Part shown: positions 1-9,345 of the stretch, piece after piece
Layout of the letters: the number at the start of each line of letters is the position of its first letter
How positions within the stretch are numbered: the stretch's first letter is position 1
Origin: an uncultured Clostridia bacterium
GTDB lineage: Bacteria; Bacillota; Clostridia; TANB77; CAG-508
Assembly (NCBI GenBank): GCA_934121925.1
Contig: CAKOVK010000006.1
Location: forward strand, 7 to 64,006
Reading direction: 5' to 3'
Length of the DNA stretch: 64,000 nt
The notes under the pieces: model-generated
What the model saw: only the letters and a program-made list of their open reading frames with translations
Database searches by the model: none
What the model was told of the DNA's origin: nothing
Translations under genes and position numbers: made by a program

Positions 1-105
1 TAGAAGAACAATTTCTACCTCAAGCTCAATCCATTCGCAACCTTTTTTCCATTTTTAATATTTTAATTTTTCAGAAAACAATTTACTCACACAAATACAA
101 TTTAT

Positions 106-2072
106 TTAATTAGCATAAATTGTAACTTTCGTTCCAGAGTTTATTTTTATTCCGTTCTTTGGCAATTGGTCTGTCACTGTTTCTCCTTCTCCTATAACTT
201 CCATTTCTAAACCTAATTCTTTTAATGCTTTCTTTGCATCATTTATGCTCATTCCTGTTATATCCGGCATTGTCACCGATTCTATTATTTCATCTTCTTG
301 TTTTTTTACTTCTAAATATGGTAAAACTTCTCCGTAATACTTGTGATGCTATTGGTGCTGCTATTCCTCCTCCTTGGTGCCCACCTTCTCCTGTAGGATT
401 ATATAAAAGAATTATAATTACCACTTCTGGATCTGAAATATCTGCGACTCCTACAAATGATGTTACATATTTGCCAGTATTTACTCCATCCTCTGATGTT
501 CCTGTTTTTCCTCCAACTGAATATCCTTTTACTTGCGCTTTTTTTCCTGTTCCTTCACTTACAACTGAACCCATCATACTAAGCACTTTTTTTGCTGTTT
601 GTTCAGAAATTACTTGTTCTCCATCTTTTACTTCCGTCTCTTTTCTTTCTCCTGTTTTACCATCTATTGTTGCTTTTACAAGTCTTGGTGTAAACTTCTT
701 TCCGTTATTTGCTATCGTAGAAACCATTGTTAGCATTTGAATTGGTGTCACTTCAAATCTTTGCCCAAATGATATTGTTGCAAGTTCTACAGGCCCCACT
801 TTTTCTTCTTTTAAAAATATACTGTTGGCTTCTCCTGGCAAATCTATTCCAGTCTTTTCTAGCAAACCAAATTTTCTTAAATAACTATAATATTTTCCCA
901 CGCCAATCTTTTGTCCGTAGCCCTATAAAAACGGGATTGCAAGAATTCATTAGTGCTTGCCTTAGACTTTGAGCCCCGTGTGGCCTATAATATCTCCAAC
1001 ACTTTATTCTTGTTCCTGCAATATTGATAGAACCTCCACAATTAAACTCTCCTGCATTATCTGTATCTGTTATGCCTTCTTCTAATGCTGCTGAAGATGT
1101 AAGTAACTTAAATGTAGACCCAGGCTCATATGTATCTGATATTGCTTTATTTCTCCACATTTGCTGTAAGGCTACAGATTTATCTCCTGATGAAAGCGTA
1201 TCCCATACAAAGCTTAATTCTTCATTGTTAATTTTATATGGATTATTTAAGTCATAATTAGGGTAGCCTGCCATTGCTAAAATATCTCCTGTTTTAGGAT
1301 TGGCAATTAAAATGTTACCACCATCTGTACAAACATTGTCAATACAAGCTTCTGTCAAATACTTTTCGGCAATAGCTTGAATAGTCATATCTATTGATAG
1401 AATTAAATCATCACCATTTGTTGCTTCTACATAATTCTCCCCTTCGCCATCCAAGTCAGTACCTGTTGCATCTGTATGTTTTAAAATTTTTCCTGCTTCC
1501 CCTTTTAGCACATTGTCATATCGGCTTTCTATTCCTTCTAATCCTTGATTATCGCTTCCTGTAAAGCCTATTACATTAGACGCAAGATTTGAATATGGAT
1601 AATATCTCTTTGTATCCTCATCTATATTAATTCCTGTTGTTATATTATTCTCTTCCATCCATACTCTTAGTTTATTAGTTTCTTCTTTTTCGACTTTTTT
1701 AACAATAGTTTCGATAGAACTGTTTTTACTTACCTTTTTTAACACCTTTTCATAATCCAAACTAAATATATCTGAAAGTGCTCTTGCTACTTTCTCTTTA
1801 TCCTCTTTTTTTATATTCCCTGGATTTACACTAACAGTTTCTACACTTGCACTTACAGCTAATACATTTTTGCCTGTTGCATCATAAATTGTTCCTCTTT
1901 TAGGATTTATTTTTCTATTTAGCGTTTGTTGCATATATGCCATAGATTGCAGTTCTGACCCCTGTACAAATTGTATTATTCCAATTCTTGTAATAAGTGC
2001 AATACAAAGCACAAATGTGATAAACAATATGTTTCTTAATCTTCTTTTTCTGCTAATATTTGTAGACTTCAT
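106..2072 (-). CDS. spoVD: Class B penicillin-binding protein, SpoVD/FtsI type (transpeptidase plus one C-terminal PASTA domain), ~654 aa after two +1 corrections
   Basis: Track ORFs 885..2165 and 290..901 plus an untracked frame 106..345 are consecutive pieces of one PBP. Motifs: SxxK (STFK), SxN (SCN), KTG (KTGTS), then PASTA (MPDITGMSINDAKKALKELGLEMEVIGEGETV...TIYAN*). Likely start is ATG 2070-2072 behind AAGGAG (2079-2084); the longer track start reads through a repeat element. Frame breaks at in-frame CGG 915-917 and 332-334. Lies after an ftsL-like gene in a dcw cluster. Confidence 0.85.
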
Positions 2073-2085
2073 AGAAAACTCCTTT

Positions 2086-2172
2086 AAGATGAAATGCGAA
2101 CAAATGGGGACAGACCCCTTTTGTTTGAATTTAAACAAAAGGGGTCTGTCCCCATTTGTTCGCATCTCATCT
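2086..2172. repeat. Family-1 GC-rich palindromic element, double (inverted-pair) form
   Basis: Arms aagatgaaatgcgaacaaatggggacagaccccttttgttt and its reverse complement differ by 1 mismatch. Each arm carries the GGGG-N5-CCCC core (2106-2118, 2141-2153). Sits between the ftsL-like stop and the PBP SD. Confidence 0.8.
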
Positions 2173-2212
2173 TACAATAAAAAATAAGATTAATATTTTA
2201 TTAATACTAATC

Positions 2213-2740
2213 TTATTTAAATATATTCTTAATTGTGTTTATTATGCCTTTTATACCTGTTTGATTTTCTTCTATTATTACTTCTTCTGCCGCTGGTTCT
2301 ATGTAATCGTTTTTAGGTAATGTCATATATACTGTTTGTTTTGAATTTAGCTTTTGCATACCAAGTTGTTCTTTCGCTTCTTGCTCTAGGTTACTTAAGT
2401 TTAGTCCATTTTCTATTGACACTTCTAGTTGAGTATTTTGTTTTTGTACCTCAGCAAGTTCTTCTTTTAAATCTTGTACTTTTGCGAAATTTTCATCTAT
2501 TTGGGAATTTCTATAGCTCATTGCAAAAAGTACTAGAAAGCCTATTACAAGATATTTTATGGCTCTTCGCTTCTGTTGTTTTATTGATTTTATCTTTTTC
2601 TTTTCTTCATCTGGATTTCTTTTCCTTGCTGTTGTTTTCTTAGCTTTATAAGGATTTTTTACAGGTGTATATTCTGGCTCAAGTTTTCTTGGGCTTGTTT
2701 CATATTGGTATTTATTAAAATTTCTTGGCAAAATATCCAC
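2213..2740 (-). CDS. FtsL/DivIC-like cell-division protein (basic N-terminus, one TM helix, coiled coil)
   Basis: 175-aa ORF. TM segment AIKYLVIGFLVLFAMSY is followed by the coiled coil QIDENFAKVQDLKEELAEVQKQNTQLEVSIE. Position between rsmH and the PBP is the canonical ftsL slot. Confidence 0.6.
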   Translation of the reverse strand: MDILPRNFNKYQYETSPRKLEPEYTPVKNPYKAKKTTARKRNPDEEKKKIKSIKQQKRRAIKYLVIGFLVLFAMSYRNSQIDENFAKVQDLKEELAEVQKQNTQLEVSIENGLNLSNLEQEAKEQLGMQKLNSKQTVYMTLPKNDYIEPAAEEVIIEENQTGIKGIINTIKNIFK

Positions 2741-2837
2741 CTCCTTTAAAATTTACAGAGTAAATTTTGTATTATTAACTGTTTACTCTTAATTATTTCC
2801 TCTTTACACATTTGCAATTGCAATATCTTTCTTTTTA

Positions 2838-3771
2838 TTATATTTTTTCAAACACCCTTAGTTTTGCGCTTTTACTTCTTGAGTTTGCTTTCATTTCTTC
2901 CTCTGTTGGTAATATTGGCTTTTTAGTAATTATCTTACCTAAAGTTTTTTTACCACATACGCAATATGGAAGTCCTGGTGGGCATGTACATTTTCCCACA
3001 GCATCTTGATATGCATTTTTTACTGCTCTATCTTCTAATGAGTGAAATGTTATTATACACAATCTACCTTCACTTTTTAAGCAATTAATAGACTTTATCA
3101 CTGTTTTATATAATGGCTCTATTTCATTGTTTACTTCTATTCTTATTGCCTGAAAAGTTCTCTTAGCAGGATGTCCCTGTTTTTCCATATATTTTTTCGG
3201 TATACTTTTTTCTATTATATCTACCAATTCTTTTGTAGTTTCTATTTTCTTATTTTTTCTATACTCACAAATATTTCTTGCTATTTTTCTGGAAAATTTT
3301 TCTTCTCCATATTCATATATTATTCTTGCAAGTTCTTCTTCTTTATAATTGTTTACTATATACTCAGCTGTTAAACTTTGAGTTTTATCCATTCTCATAT
3401 CTAATGGTCCATCTTTTATATATGTAAACCCTCTTTCTTCTTCATCTATTTGATAAGAGGAAACTCCTAAGTCTAACAGTATTCCATCCACACTATCTAT
3501 TTCTAGTTCTTCCAATATATTATTTATATCATCATGATTTCCATGAATATACCTAACATTTTTATAGTCTTTTAATCTTTCTTTAGCAACACTCAGAGCC
3601 TCTTCATCTCTATCTATTCCTATAAGAATTCCATCTTCTGATAATCTTTTAGCAATTTCCCTACTATGACCTGCTCCTCCGCATTGTTCCATCTACATAT
3701 ATGCCATTAGGTTTTATTCTCAAATTATCAATACATTCGTTAAGCAATACTGGTATATGTTCAAAATTCAT
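2838..3771 (-). CDS. rsmH: 16S rRNA (cytosine1402-N4)-methyltransferase RsmH, 310 aa after one +1 correction
   Basis: N-terminal piece [30 protein letters not shown] (ATG 3769-3771) joins track ORF 2838..3692 (GGAGHSREI...) when the C of in-frame CGG 3679-3681 is skipped. This restores the SAM motif DGT-x-GGAGHS. Lies downstream of mraZ. Confidence 0.9.
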
Positions 3772-3874
3772 ATTAATATTCTTACCTTTGCAAAATATTT
3801 AACATAGTATAAACAGTTGGTAAAACATATACCAACTGTCATTCCTCTTATGTTTTTATTTGATTTACTTTTAT

Positions 3875-4072
3875 CTTTTGTATAACTTTTTCTTTTGTTT
3901 CTTAATATTTTTTCTTTTGTGTATATATATAATTTTACATTTGTAAATTATAAACATTTTTCCTTTGTAGATTTAATGCTTTTGTAAACTTTAAACTACA
4001 TTTATCTTTTGTATAACTTATTTTTTATCTTTTGTGTATTTAGTCTTTTGTAACTTACTTTACATCTTTTGT
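3875..4072 (-). repeat. Array of about 10 direct copies of the octamer TACAAAAG (sense strand; TCTTTTGT on the plus strand), inside a 446-bp mraZ-rsmH spacer
   Basis: Plus-strand CTTTTGT starts at 3875, 3892, 3914, 3980, 4006, 4029, 4045 and 4066. Variants: CCTTTGT at 3962, ATTTGTA at 3948 and 4117. Spacing is irregular, 14-34 bp. Confidence 0.8.
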
Positions 4073-4146
4073 ATTTTATATAAACTTTTTTCTAAATATG
4101 AAAATATATATTTTCATATTTGTAAAAAGCTATAATCGCTATTGTC

Positions 4147-4180
4147 TTTGAGTTTTCCTCACCATATTTGGAAACTCAAA
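4147..4180 (-). terminator. Stem-loop just downstream of mraZ (possible terminator or processing structure)
   Basis: tttgagttttcc (4147-4158) pairs with ggaaactcaaa (4170-4180). No clean U-run follows on the sense strand, so its function is uncertain. Confidence 0.3.
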
Positions 4181-4217
4181 CTGGAATGAGAAAATTTGAT
4201 TTTGCCACTTTTCTTGT

Positions 4218-4649
4218 TTATATACCCAAGTTTTCCATTCTTTCTGCAATTTCATCTGCTGCTAAGTTTTCTTGTTCACTATATGCAAGCCATTTATCTT
4301 TGCTCCAAATTTCTATCTTATCTAGAACTCCAATAATTACTACATCTTTTTCTAATCCTGCAAATTCTCTTAAGTTGCTACTAATCAAAAATCTTCCTTG
4401 TTTATCTATTTCACATTCTGTTGCTCTAGCTAAGAAAAATCTTTTTAAAGCTCTTGCATCTTTGTTTGTAAGTGGAAATGTTCTTAATTTTTCTTCGAAG
4501 TTTTTCCATTCGTTTTGTGAATATGCAAACAAACAACCATCAAGTCCCTGTGTTATAACAAACTTTTCGCCAATATCTTCTTTTAATTTAGCTGGCATTA
4601 TAAGTCTGCCTTTTGCATCTATTGTATGTGAATACTCACCTATTAACAA
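4218..4649 (-). CDS. mraZ: Transcriptional regulator MraZ, 143 aa
   Basis: Sequence (M)[23 protein letters not shown]... closely matches the Bacillus-type MraZ N-terminus. I place the start at TTG 4647-4649 behind GAGGTGGG. The longer track start (4700) would run through the MraZ operator. Confidence 0.88.
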   Translation of the reverse strand: MLIGEYSHTIDAKGRLIMPAKLKEDIGEKFVITQGLDGCLFAYSQNEWKNFEEKLRTFPLTNKDARALKRFFLARATECEIDKQGRFLISSNLREFAGLEKDVVIIGVLDKIEIWSKDKWLAYSEQENLAADEIAERMENLGI

Positions 4650-4683
4650 ATGGTCCCACCTCTTTTCCTTTTTAGAGGATTTT

Positions 4684-4713
4684 GTTCCACTTTCCTCCAC
4701 TTCGTTCCACTTT
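4684..4713 (-). promoter_or_regulatory. MraZ operator: three direct 10-bp repeats
   Basis: Sense strand reads AAAGTGGAAC GAAGTGGAGG AAAGTGGAAC with exact 10-bp periodicity. It lies between the putative -10 and the mraZ start and matches the known Firmicute/Mollicute MraZ box type (AAAGTG-G/T). Confidence 0.75.
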
Positions 4714-4719
4714 GACCAT

Positions 4720-4748
4720 ATTTTATATGATTAATTTATAAAATGCAA
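4720..4748 (-). promoter_or_regulatory. Putative sigma-A promoter of mraZ
   Basis: Sense strand: TTGCAT (4743-4748), 17 bp, TAAAAT (4720-4725), immediately upstream of the MraZ boxes. Confidence 0.5.
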
Positions 4749-4816
4749 TAGTTTTTTAAAAGTTTTTTTATTTTTTTAATATATAACAAGTTGCAACTAC
4801 ACAGGTAAGTGTATTA

Positions 4817-4845
4817 TTGACATTTTTTTCTAATTGTTGTATAAT
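4817..4845 (+). promoter_or_regulatory. Consensus sigma-A promoter for the divergent plus-strand pair
   Basis: TTGACA (4817-4822), 17 bp, TATAAT (4840-4845). Both hexamers are perfect. Confidence 0.7.
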
Positions 4846-4886
4846 AGAAATGTAAAAGTTTATTTGCACAAGAGAGGAGGATGTTT

Positions 4887-5039
4887 ATGGAAAATGATTT
4901 CATAAATATAACTAATGAAGATTTGGAAAAATTATCTTTTGAAGAATTAGCTGACTTAAAAATTGAACTAGATGATTTAGTTTCAAAAGTAAATGATATG
5001 TTAAAGACATGTGATGATATATTAAATAAAAAGATTTAA
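4887..5039 (+). CDS. Small hypothetical protein, 50 aa, helical/acidic
   Basis: ATG 4887 lies 6 nt after GAGAGGAGG. Sequence: MENDFINITNEDLEKLSFEELADLKIELDDLVSKVNDMLKTCDDILNKKI*. Below the ORF-track size cutoff. Confidence 0.4.
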   Translation: MENDFINITNEDLEKLSFEELADLKIELDDLVSKVNDMLKTCDDILNKKI

Positions 5040-5052
5040 TTAGGAGGTAATT

Positions 5053-6132
5053 ATGGCTACTATAGAAGATTTAAACAAAGACTATACAAAAGAAAAAAAT
5101 ATTTTAGATAAGTACACAGCTCCTGGAGGATTAAAAGACAAAATTGATCAATTTCAAGCTGATTTAGACTTACTTGCAATGAATTTTAAAGTAAAGCAGG
5201 CCGAAATGCAATATGCTGAGTCAAGAAATGATAAAACAACTGTTGCTGCTTTAAAAAAAGATTTAGAAGTTTTAGGAAAAGATATACTTAATCAAAAAAT
5301 GAAATTAGAAAAAGCTAGTGTTTTTTTATCTAAACAACAACAGATTGTAGATGAAAAATTTGCTAAGCTAAGTAAAGACCCAGAAATTAAGAAAAGACTT
5401 GACTCTGTATTATACAAAAGGTATGACAGAAAGAAAAAACAAGAACTTGATAAAAAACAACAATTAGAAGAAATATTAAAAATTGTTAATGCACATCCTA
5501 CTGTTCAAAGTTATTTAAAAGGTATTGAGGGTTATGAAAAATCTATAAGAAAATGTGATAAAATAATAGAAAAATATAAGTCTACTCCACCTACAACACC
5601 AAAAGAACAGCAGGAACTTGCTGACGCAACATCTGAAAAAGCTAAATCCACAAAATCTCTTGCAGATAGACGTTCAGATTTAGTTGATTATTTTGCTAAG
5701 AACCATCCAGAAATAAATAAAAATATATTAGAAAACTTACATTCATATGGTAATATCAGTAAACAAATAGCAGGTTGTGATAAATCTATAAGTAATTATG
5801 ATAAGGCCATGGGTAGTTTGGGACTAGATAAAGATCCCAATATTATACAGCCGGCTTCTCCATCACCAATTACTCCTATTCCTGCTGAAAAACCATCTTG
5901 GTTCCGTCATCCAATACAGAGAATAAAATATCAAATTAATAAGAGAAAAGCAGAAAGAGCTACAGTTCCACCTATTACTCCACCTGCTGCAAATAATAAT
6001 TTCTTAGATACTGTAAAACTATCAAAAGAAGAATACAACGCAGAACTTGTTCAAAAATATCTTAATGAAAAATATACAGAGAATTTACATACTGCTGCGA
6101 GACAAAAAGATAATGATCCTAATGAAAGATAA
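5053..6132 (+). CDS. Hypothetical coiled-coil protein with a Pro-rich C-terminal third, 359 aa
   Basis: ORF behind the TAGGAGG SD. Heptad-like K/E/Q-rich sequence followed by PASPSPITPIPAEKP...PPITPPAANN. I recognise no family. Confidence 0.55.
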   Translation: MATIEDLNKDYTKEKNILDKYTAPGGLKDKIDQFQADLDLLAMNFKVKQAEMQYAESRNDKTTVAALKKDLEVLGKDILNQKMKLEKASVFLSKQQQIVDEKFAKLSKDPEIKKRLDSVLYKRYDRKKKQELDKKQQLEEILKIVNAHPTVQSYLKGIEGYEKSIRKCDKIIEKYKSTPPTTPKEQQELADATSEKAKSTKSLADRRSDLVDYFAKNHPEINKNILENLHSYGNISKQIAGCDKSISNYDKAMGSLGLDKDPNIIQPASPSPITPIPAEKPSWFRHPIQRIKYQINKRKAERATVPPITPPAANNNFLDTVKLSKEEYNAELVQKYLNEKYTENLHTAARQKDNDPNER

Positions 6133-6145
6133 TAATTTGTAAAAG

Positions 6146-6187
6146 GAATACCAATTAGAAATTCAATTCTAATTGGTATCTTTTTTA
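6146..6187. terminator. Bidirectional intrinsic terminator between convergent genes
   Basis: 13-bp stem ataccaattagaa / ttctaattggtat with a 6-nt loop, followed by TTTTTT (6181-6186). Confidence 0.75.
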
Positions 6188-7543
6188 TACATTGTTTAGA
6201 TTCATATTTTTCAAACTTCTCTCAGCCATTTTTTCATATCTTTCATTTTTATCTTTTATTTTTTCTTCTAATGGTGGTAAAATTCCAAAGTTTGCATTCA
6301 TTGGTTGAAATTTTTCATTTAGTGAAGAAATATAATCCATCAAGGCTCCTATTACCATTTCTTTTGGAAATATTATTTTTTCTTCTTTATTTAATTCTTT
6401 TACTGCATTTATACCTGCAACCAATCCAGATGCTATAGATTCTACATATCCTTCAACGCCTGTTATTTGCCCTGCAAAAAATATGTTACTATTATTCTTT
6501 AAATTTCCTTCTCTATTTAATAGTTTTGGAGAATTAATATATGTATTTCTGTGCATAACACCATACTTTATAAACTCTGCATTTTCTAAACCTGGTATCA
6601 TAGAAAATACTCTCTTCTGTTCACCAAATTTTAAGTTGGTTTGAAATCCAACTAAGTTATATAGGGTACCACTACTATTATCTTGTCTCAATTGTACAAT
6701 TGCATATGGCCTTTTTGCTGTCCTTGGGTCATCAAACCCAACTGGTTTTAATGGGCCAAACCTAATAGTATCCTCTCCTCTTTTTGCCATAACTTCAATT
6801 GGCATGCACCCTTCAAAAATCTCCTTTTTTTCAAATTCATGAAGGTTTACAACCTCTGCATTTACTAATTCATTATAAAATCTTAAATACTCTTCTTTAT
6901 TAAACGGAAGATTAATATAACTTCTTTCTTCTTGATTCGCTAACCTTTCCCTCCATTCTTCTACACTCTCTTCTTTTTTCTTTTCTTGAGAATACCTGTC
7001 TCCATAAAATGCAATATTCATATTTATACTGTCTTTTTCTACAATTGGAGCAGCCGCATCATAAAAATATAATTTATTCTCTCCCGTAATTTTTTTTATT
7101 TGCTTTTCCATTTTTTCTGATGTTAATGGGCCAGTCGCAATAACTGTAATGCAATCTTCATTACATATATCTTCCTCGAATTCTTCTCTTATTATTTCTA
7201 TATTATCATTTTTTTCTATTTCTTCAGTAACTAACTTAGAAAATTTTTCTCTATCAACAGCCAAAGCTTGTCCTGCTGGAACCGAAGTAATATCTGCACA
7301 CCTTATTAACAAAGAATCTAAATTTCTTAATTCTTCCTTCAATAATCCACAAGCATTTGTAATTGCATTAGATTTAAAAGAATTGCTACAAACGACTTCA
7401 GCCAAGTTCGCATTAGAATGAGCTGGTGAAAACCTATTTGGTTTCATCTCATATAACTTTACTTTTATACCCCTTTTTGCAATTTGATAAGCAGCCTCGC
7501 AACCAGCCAAACCACCGCCAATAACTTTAATATAATCTTTCAT
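6185..7543 (-). CDS. trmFO: Methylenetetrahydrofolate--tRNA-(uracil54-C5)-methyltransferase TrmFO (Gid)
   Basis: FAD fingerprint KVIGGGLAGCEAAYQIAKRG, plus overall length and sequence typical of TrmFO. Start moved to ATG 7541-7543 behind AAGGAAG. Confidence 0.88.
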   Translation of the reverse strand: MKDYIKVIGGGLAGCEAAYQIAKRGIKVKLYEMKPNRFSPAHSNANLAEVVCSNSFKSNAITNACGLLKEELRNLDSLLIRCADITSVPAGQALAVDREKFSKLVTEEIEKNDNIEIIREEFEEDICNEDCITVIATGPLTSEKMEKQIKKITGENKLYFYDAAAPIVEKDSINMNIAFYGDRYSQEKKKEESVEEWRERLANQEERSYINLPFNKEEYLRFYNELVNAEVVNLHEFEKKEIFEGCMPIEVMAKRGEDTIRFGPLKPVGFDDPRTAKRPYAIVQLRQDNSSGTLYNLVGFQTNLKFGEQKRVFSMIPGLENAEFIKYGVMHRNTYINSPKLLNREGNLKNNSNIFFAGQITGVEGYVESIASGLVAGINAVKELNKEEKIIFPKEMVIGALMDYISSLNEKFQPMNANFGILPPLEEKIKDKNERYEKMAERSLKNMNLNNV

Positions 7544-7596
7544 TTTTTCTTCCTTAAAAAAATTTCTGATGAACATTGTTCATCAGAATTATTTTA

Positions 7597-8328
7597 TCAC
7601 ATATTATAAAAATAGTCCATTATTCCTGTGTATATTCCCCATGCTAGTTTATCTTGGTATTCGTTGTTTAATAATAGTTGCTCTTCTTCTGGGTTTGATA
7701 AGAATCCGCATTCTACTATAGTTGTTGGTATTTCTACATGTTTTATTATATATACATTTTCTATTTTCATTGGGACTCTTTTGTTTTCTTTTTGTATTGA
7801 TTTGTTTAAGCTGTTTTGTATAGATGTTGCAAGTTTTTGTCCCTCTGGGCTTTCTTGTTTATAAAATGTTTGCCAACCCCAATATTGCTGTTGTGGTATT
7901 TTATTTAAGTGAATTGATACAAATATATCCGCACTTGATTCGTTTCCTATTTTTACTCTATTATGTATGTCTGATATTTTTTTCTGTTTTAAAGTCTTGC
8001 TGTCTAAATCATATATTGCATTTTCATCTGAGCGTGTAAGTATTACTGTTGCTCCTGATTGTTCTAATAAATTCTGTACTTTTAAAGCTATTTTTAAGTT
8101 GCTTTCTGCTTCTGTTGTTCCATTACTGCTTTGAGCTCCTTCGTCTGGCACTCCGTGTCCAGCATCTAACACTATTACTTTATTGTTAATTGGTAAAGCT
8201 ACTGTTTCTATTGTTTTTGACTGGTTTTTAGTGTTATTAACATTATAACCTGTAATTATATAAGCAAAAATAAATATCATAACAACACTCAATATCTTTA
8301 CTATTTTTTTCTTATCTAATATAATCAT
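7597..8328 (-). CDS. cwlD: N-acetylmuramoyl-L-alanine amidase, CwlD type (Amidase_3 with N-terminal anchor)
   Basis: Motifs VLDAGHGVPDEGA...E...SIHLN...VECGFLSNPEE. Size (243 aa) and the N-terminal TM helix fit the germination amidase CwlD. Confidence 0.8.
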   Translation of the reverse strand: MIILDKKKIVKILSVVMIFIFAYIITGYNVNNTKNQSKTIETVALPINNKVIVLDAGHGVPDEGAQSSNGTTEAESNLKIALKVQNLLEQSGATVILTRSDENAIYDLDSKTLKQKKISDIHNRVKIGNESSADIFVSIHLNKIPQQQYWGWQTFYKQESPEGQKLATSIQNSLNKSIQKENKRVPMKIENVYIIKHVEIPTTIVECGFLSNPEEEQLLLNNEYQDKLAWGIYTGIMDYFYNM

Positions 8329-8330
8329 AA

Positions 8331-8366
8331 AAACACCTCATATATAATTTATATGAAGTGTTTTTT
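8331..8366. terminator. Intrinsic terminator after the REC-GGDEF gene
   Basis: Stem acacctcatata / tatatgaagtgt, with T-runs on both sides. Confidence 0.6.
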
Positions 8367-8382
8367 ATGATTATTCTTATTA

Positions 8383-9315
8383 TTAATTCAGTTCTCTTCT
8401 ATCTATTGCATATGAACTCCCACTTGTTGTTTTAGCTAAATGCTTTACTTGTGCTCCTACTTCTCCTATTTCCAATATATTAGAAAATCTTTTTTTATCG
8501 GCTACAACTACACCTATTGATATTGAAGTTAATTGAAATTCTTCTATAATACCTTTACGATTGCTTACTTCTATATACCCTCTTTGAATGTCTATATCAT
8601 TAAAGTACCTTAAAATTTCCTCATCAAACTCTGCTATTATATTTTGACATATTTTATCATGATCTACATTTTCATCTACAATAGCAACAAAATCATCTCC
8701 ACCAATATGTCCAACAAATGTGTCTGTATCTTCTAATGAATGTACATTTTTTGTAATAATTCTAGCTGTCAGTTTTATTATTTCATCTCCTTTTAGGAAA
8801 CCATATACATCATTATATGCTTTAAAATTGTCTAAATCAAAATATAATACTTGAAATGTTTCTTTCCTCAAAAGTCTCTTTTTTAGTTCTGTTTGTATTT
8901 GAACATTTCCTGGTAATCCTGTAAGAGGGCTAACTGTTCTATTTACCGATAATAATCTAGTTATATTTTTTATTGCATAATACAAATATCTATTACTTGC
9001 TGTTTTTGGAATAATATATTCTATATTATTCTTCATAATTGATATTTTATGTTCTTCTTCATCACTTGAAGAAATTACTAAAACAGGGGTAATACTATTA
9101 TCATCATTTGCCCTTATTTTTTTGCATAATTCTAAAATATCAACATCTATTGATTTTTCATTGACAATTATTAAATCCGGTATATTCTTAAGGGCCACAT
9201 CTAGATTACAAGGATTTATATTTTTAAATCTAAATGTTTTTTCATTTTCAAATTTTTCTCTTAATAGCATTGCTAATTCATTTTCACAATCTATAATATA
9301 AATTTCCTGAACCAT
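8383..9315 (-). CDS. Receiver-like domain plus GGDEF-family domain protein (signature reads GGDDF)
   Basis: C-terminal half carries SPLTGLPGN, YFDLDNFKAYNDVYGFLKGD and HIGGDDFVAIV. The N-terminal half is CheY-like, but the usual phospho-acceptor position reads N (DLIIVNEKS). Confidence 0.75.
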   Translation of the reverse strand: MVQEIYIIDCENELAMLLREKFENEKTFRFKNINPCNLDVALKNIPDLIIVNEKSIDVDILELCKKIRANDDNSITPVLVISSSDEEEHKISIMKNNIEYIIPKTASNRYLYYAIKNITRLLSVNRTVSPLTGLPGNVQIQTELKKRLLRKETFQVLYFDLDNFKAYNDVYGFLKGDEIIKLTARIITKNVHSLEDTDTFVGHIGGDDFVAIVDENVDHDKICQNIIAEFDEEILRYFNDIDIQRGYIEVSNRKGIIEEFQLTSISIGVVVADKKRFSNILEIGEVGAQVKHLAKTTSGSSYAIDRRELN

Positions 9316-9345
9316 TTAATTCTCCTTTTCTTTAGTAGATATATT

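Noticed and set aside
1-105. A possible start of the next dcw gene (murE-like) running off the left edge. ATG 50-52 reads MEKRLRMD*, while another frame reads ..EWIELEVEIVLL, which would need a +1 shift at a CGA.
   Set aside because: Only about 50 nt are available, there is no SD, and the similarity is too weak. CGA is used as an ordinary in-frame Arg codon elsewhere (for example in the PBP), so extending the recoding idea to CGA is unsupported.
2073-2165. N-terminal extension of the PBP ORF (MRTNGDRPLLFKFKQKGSVPICSHF...), and the similar small ORFs 48670..48912, 53914..54096 and 55000..55182.
   Set aside because: These are translations of the family-1 palindromic repeats (the same ..PLLF.KQKGSVP.. 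string recurs). A proper SD and ATG for the PBP lie downstream at 2072.
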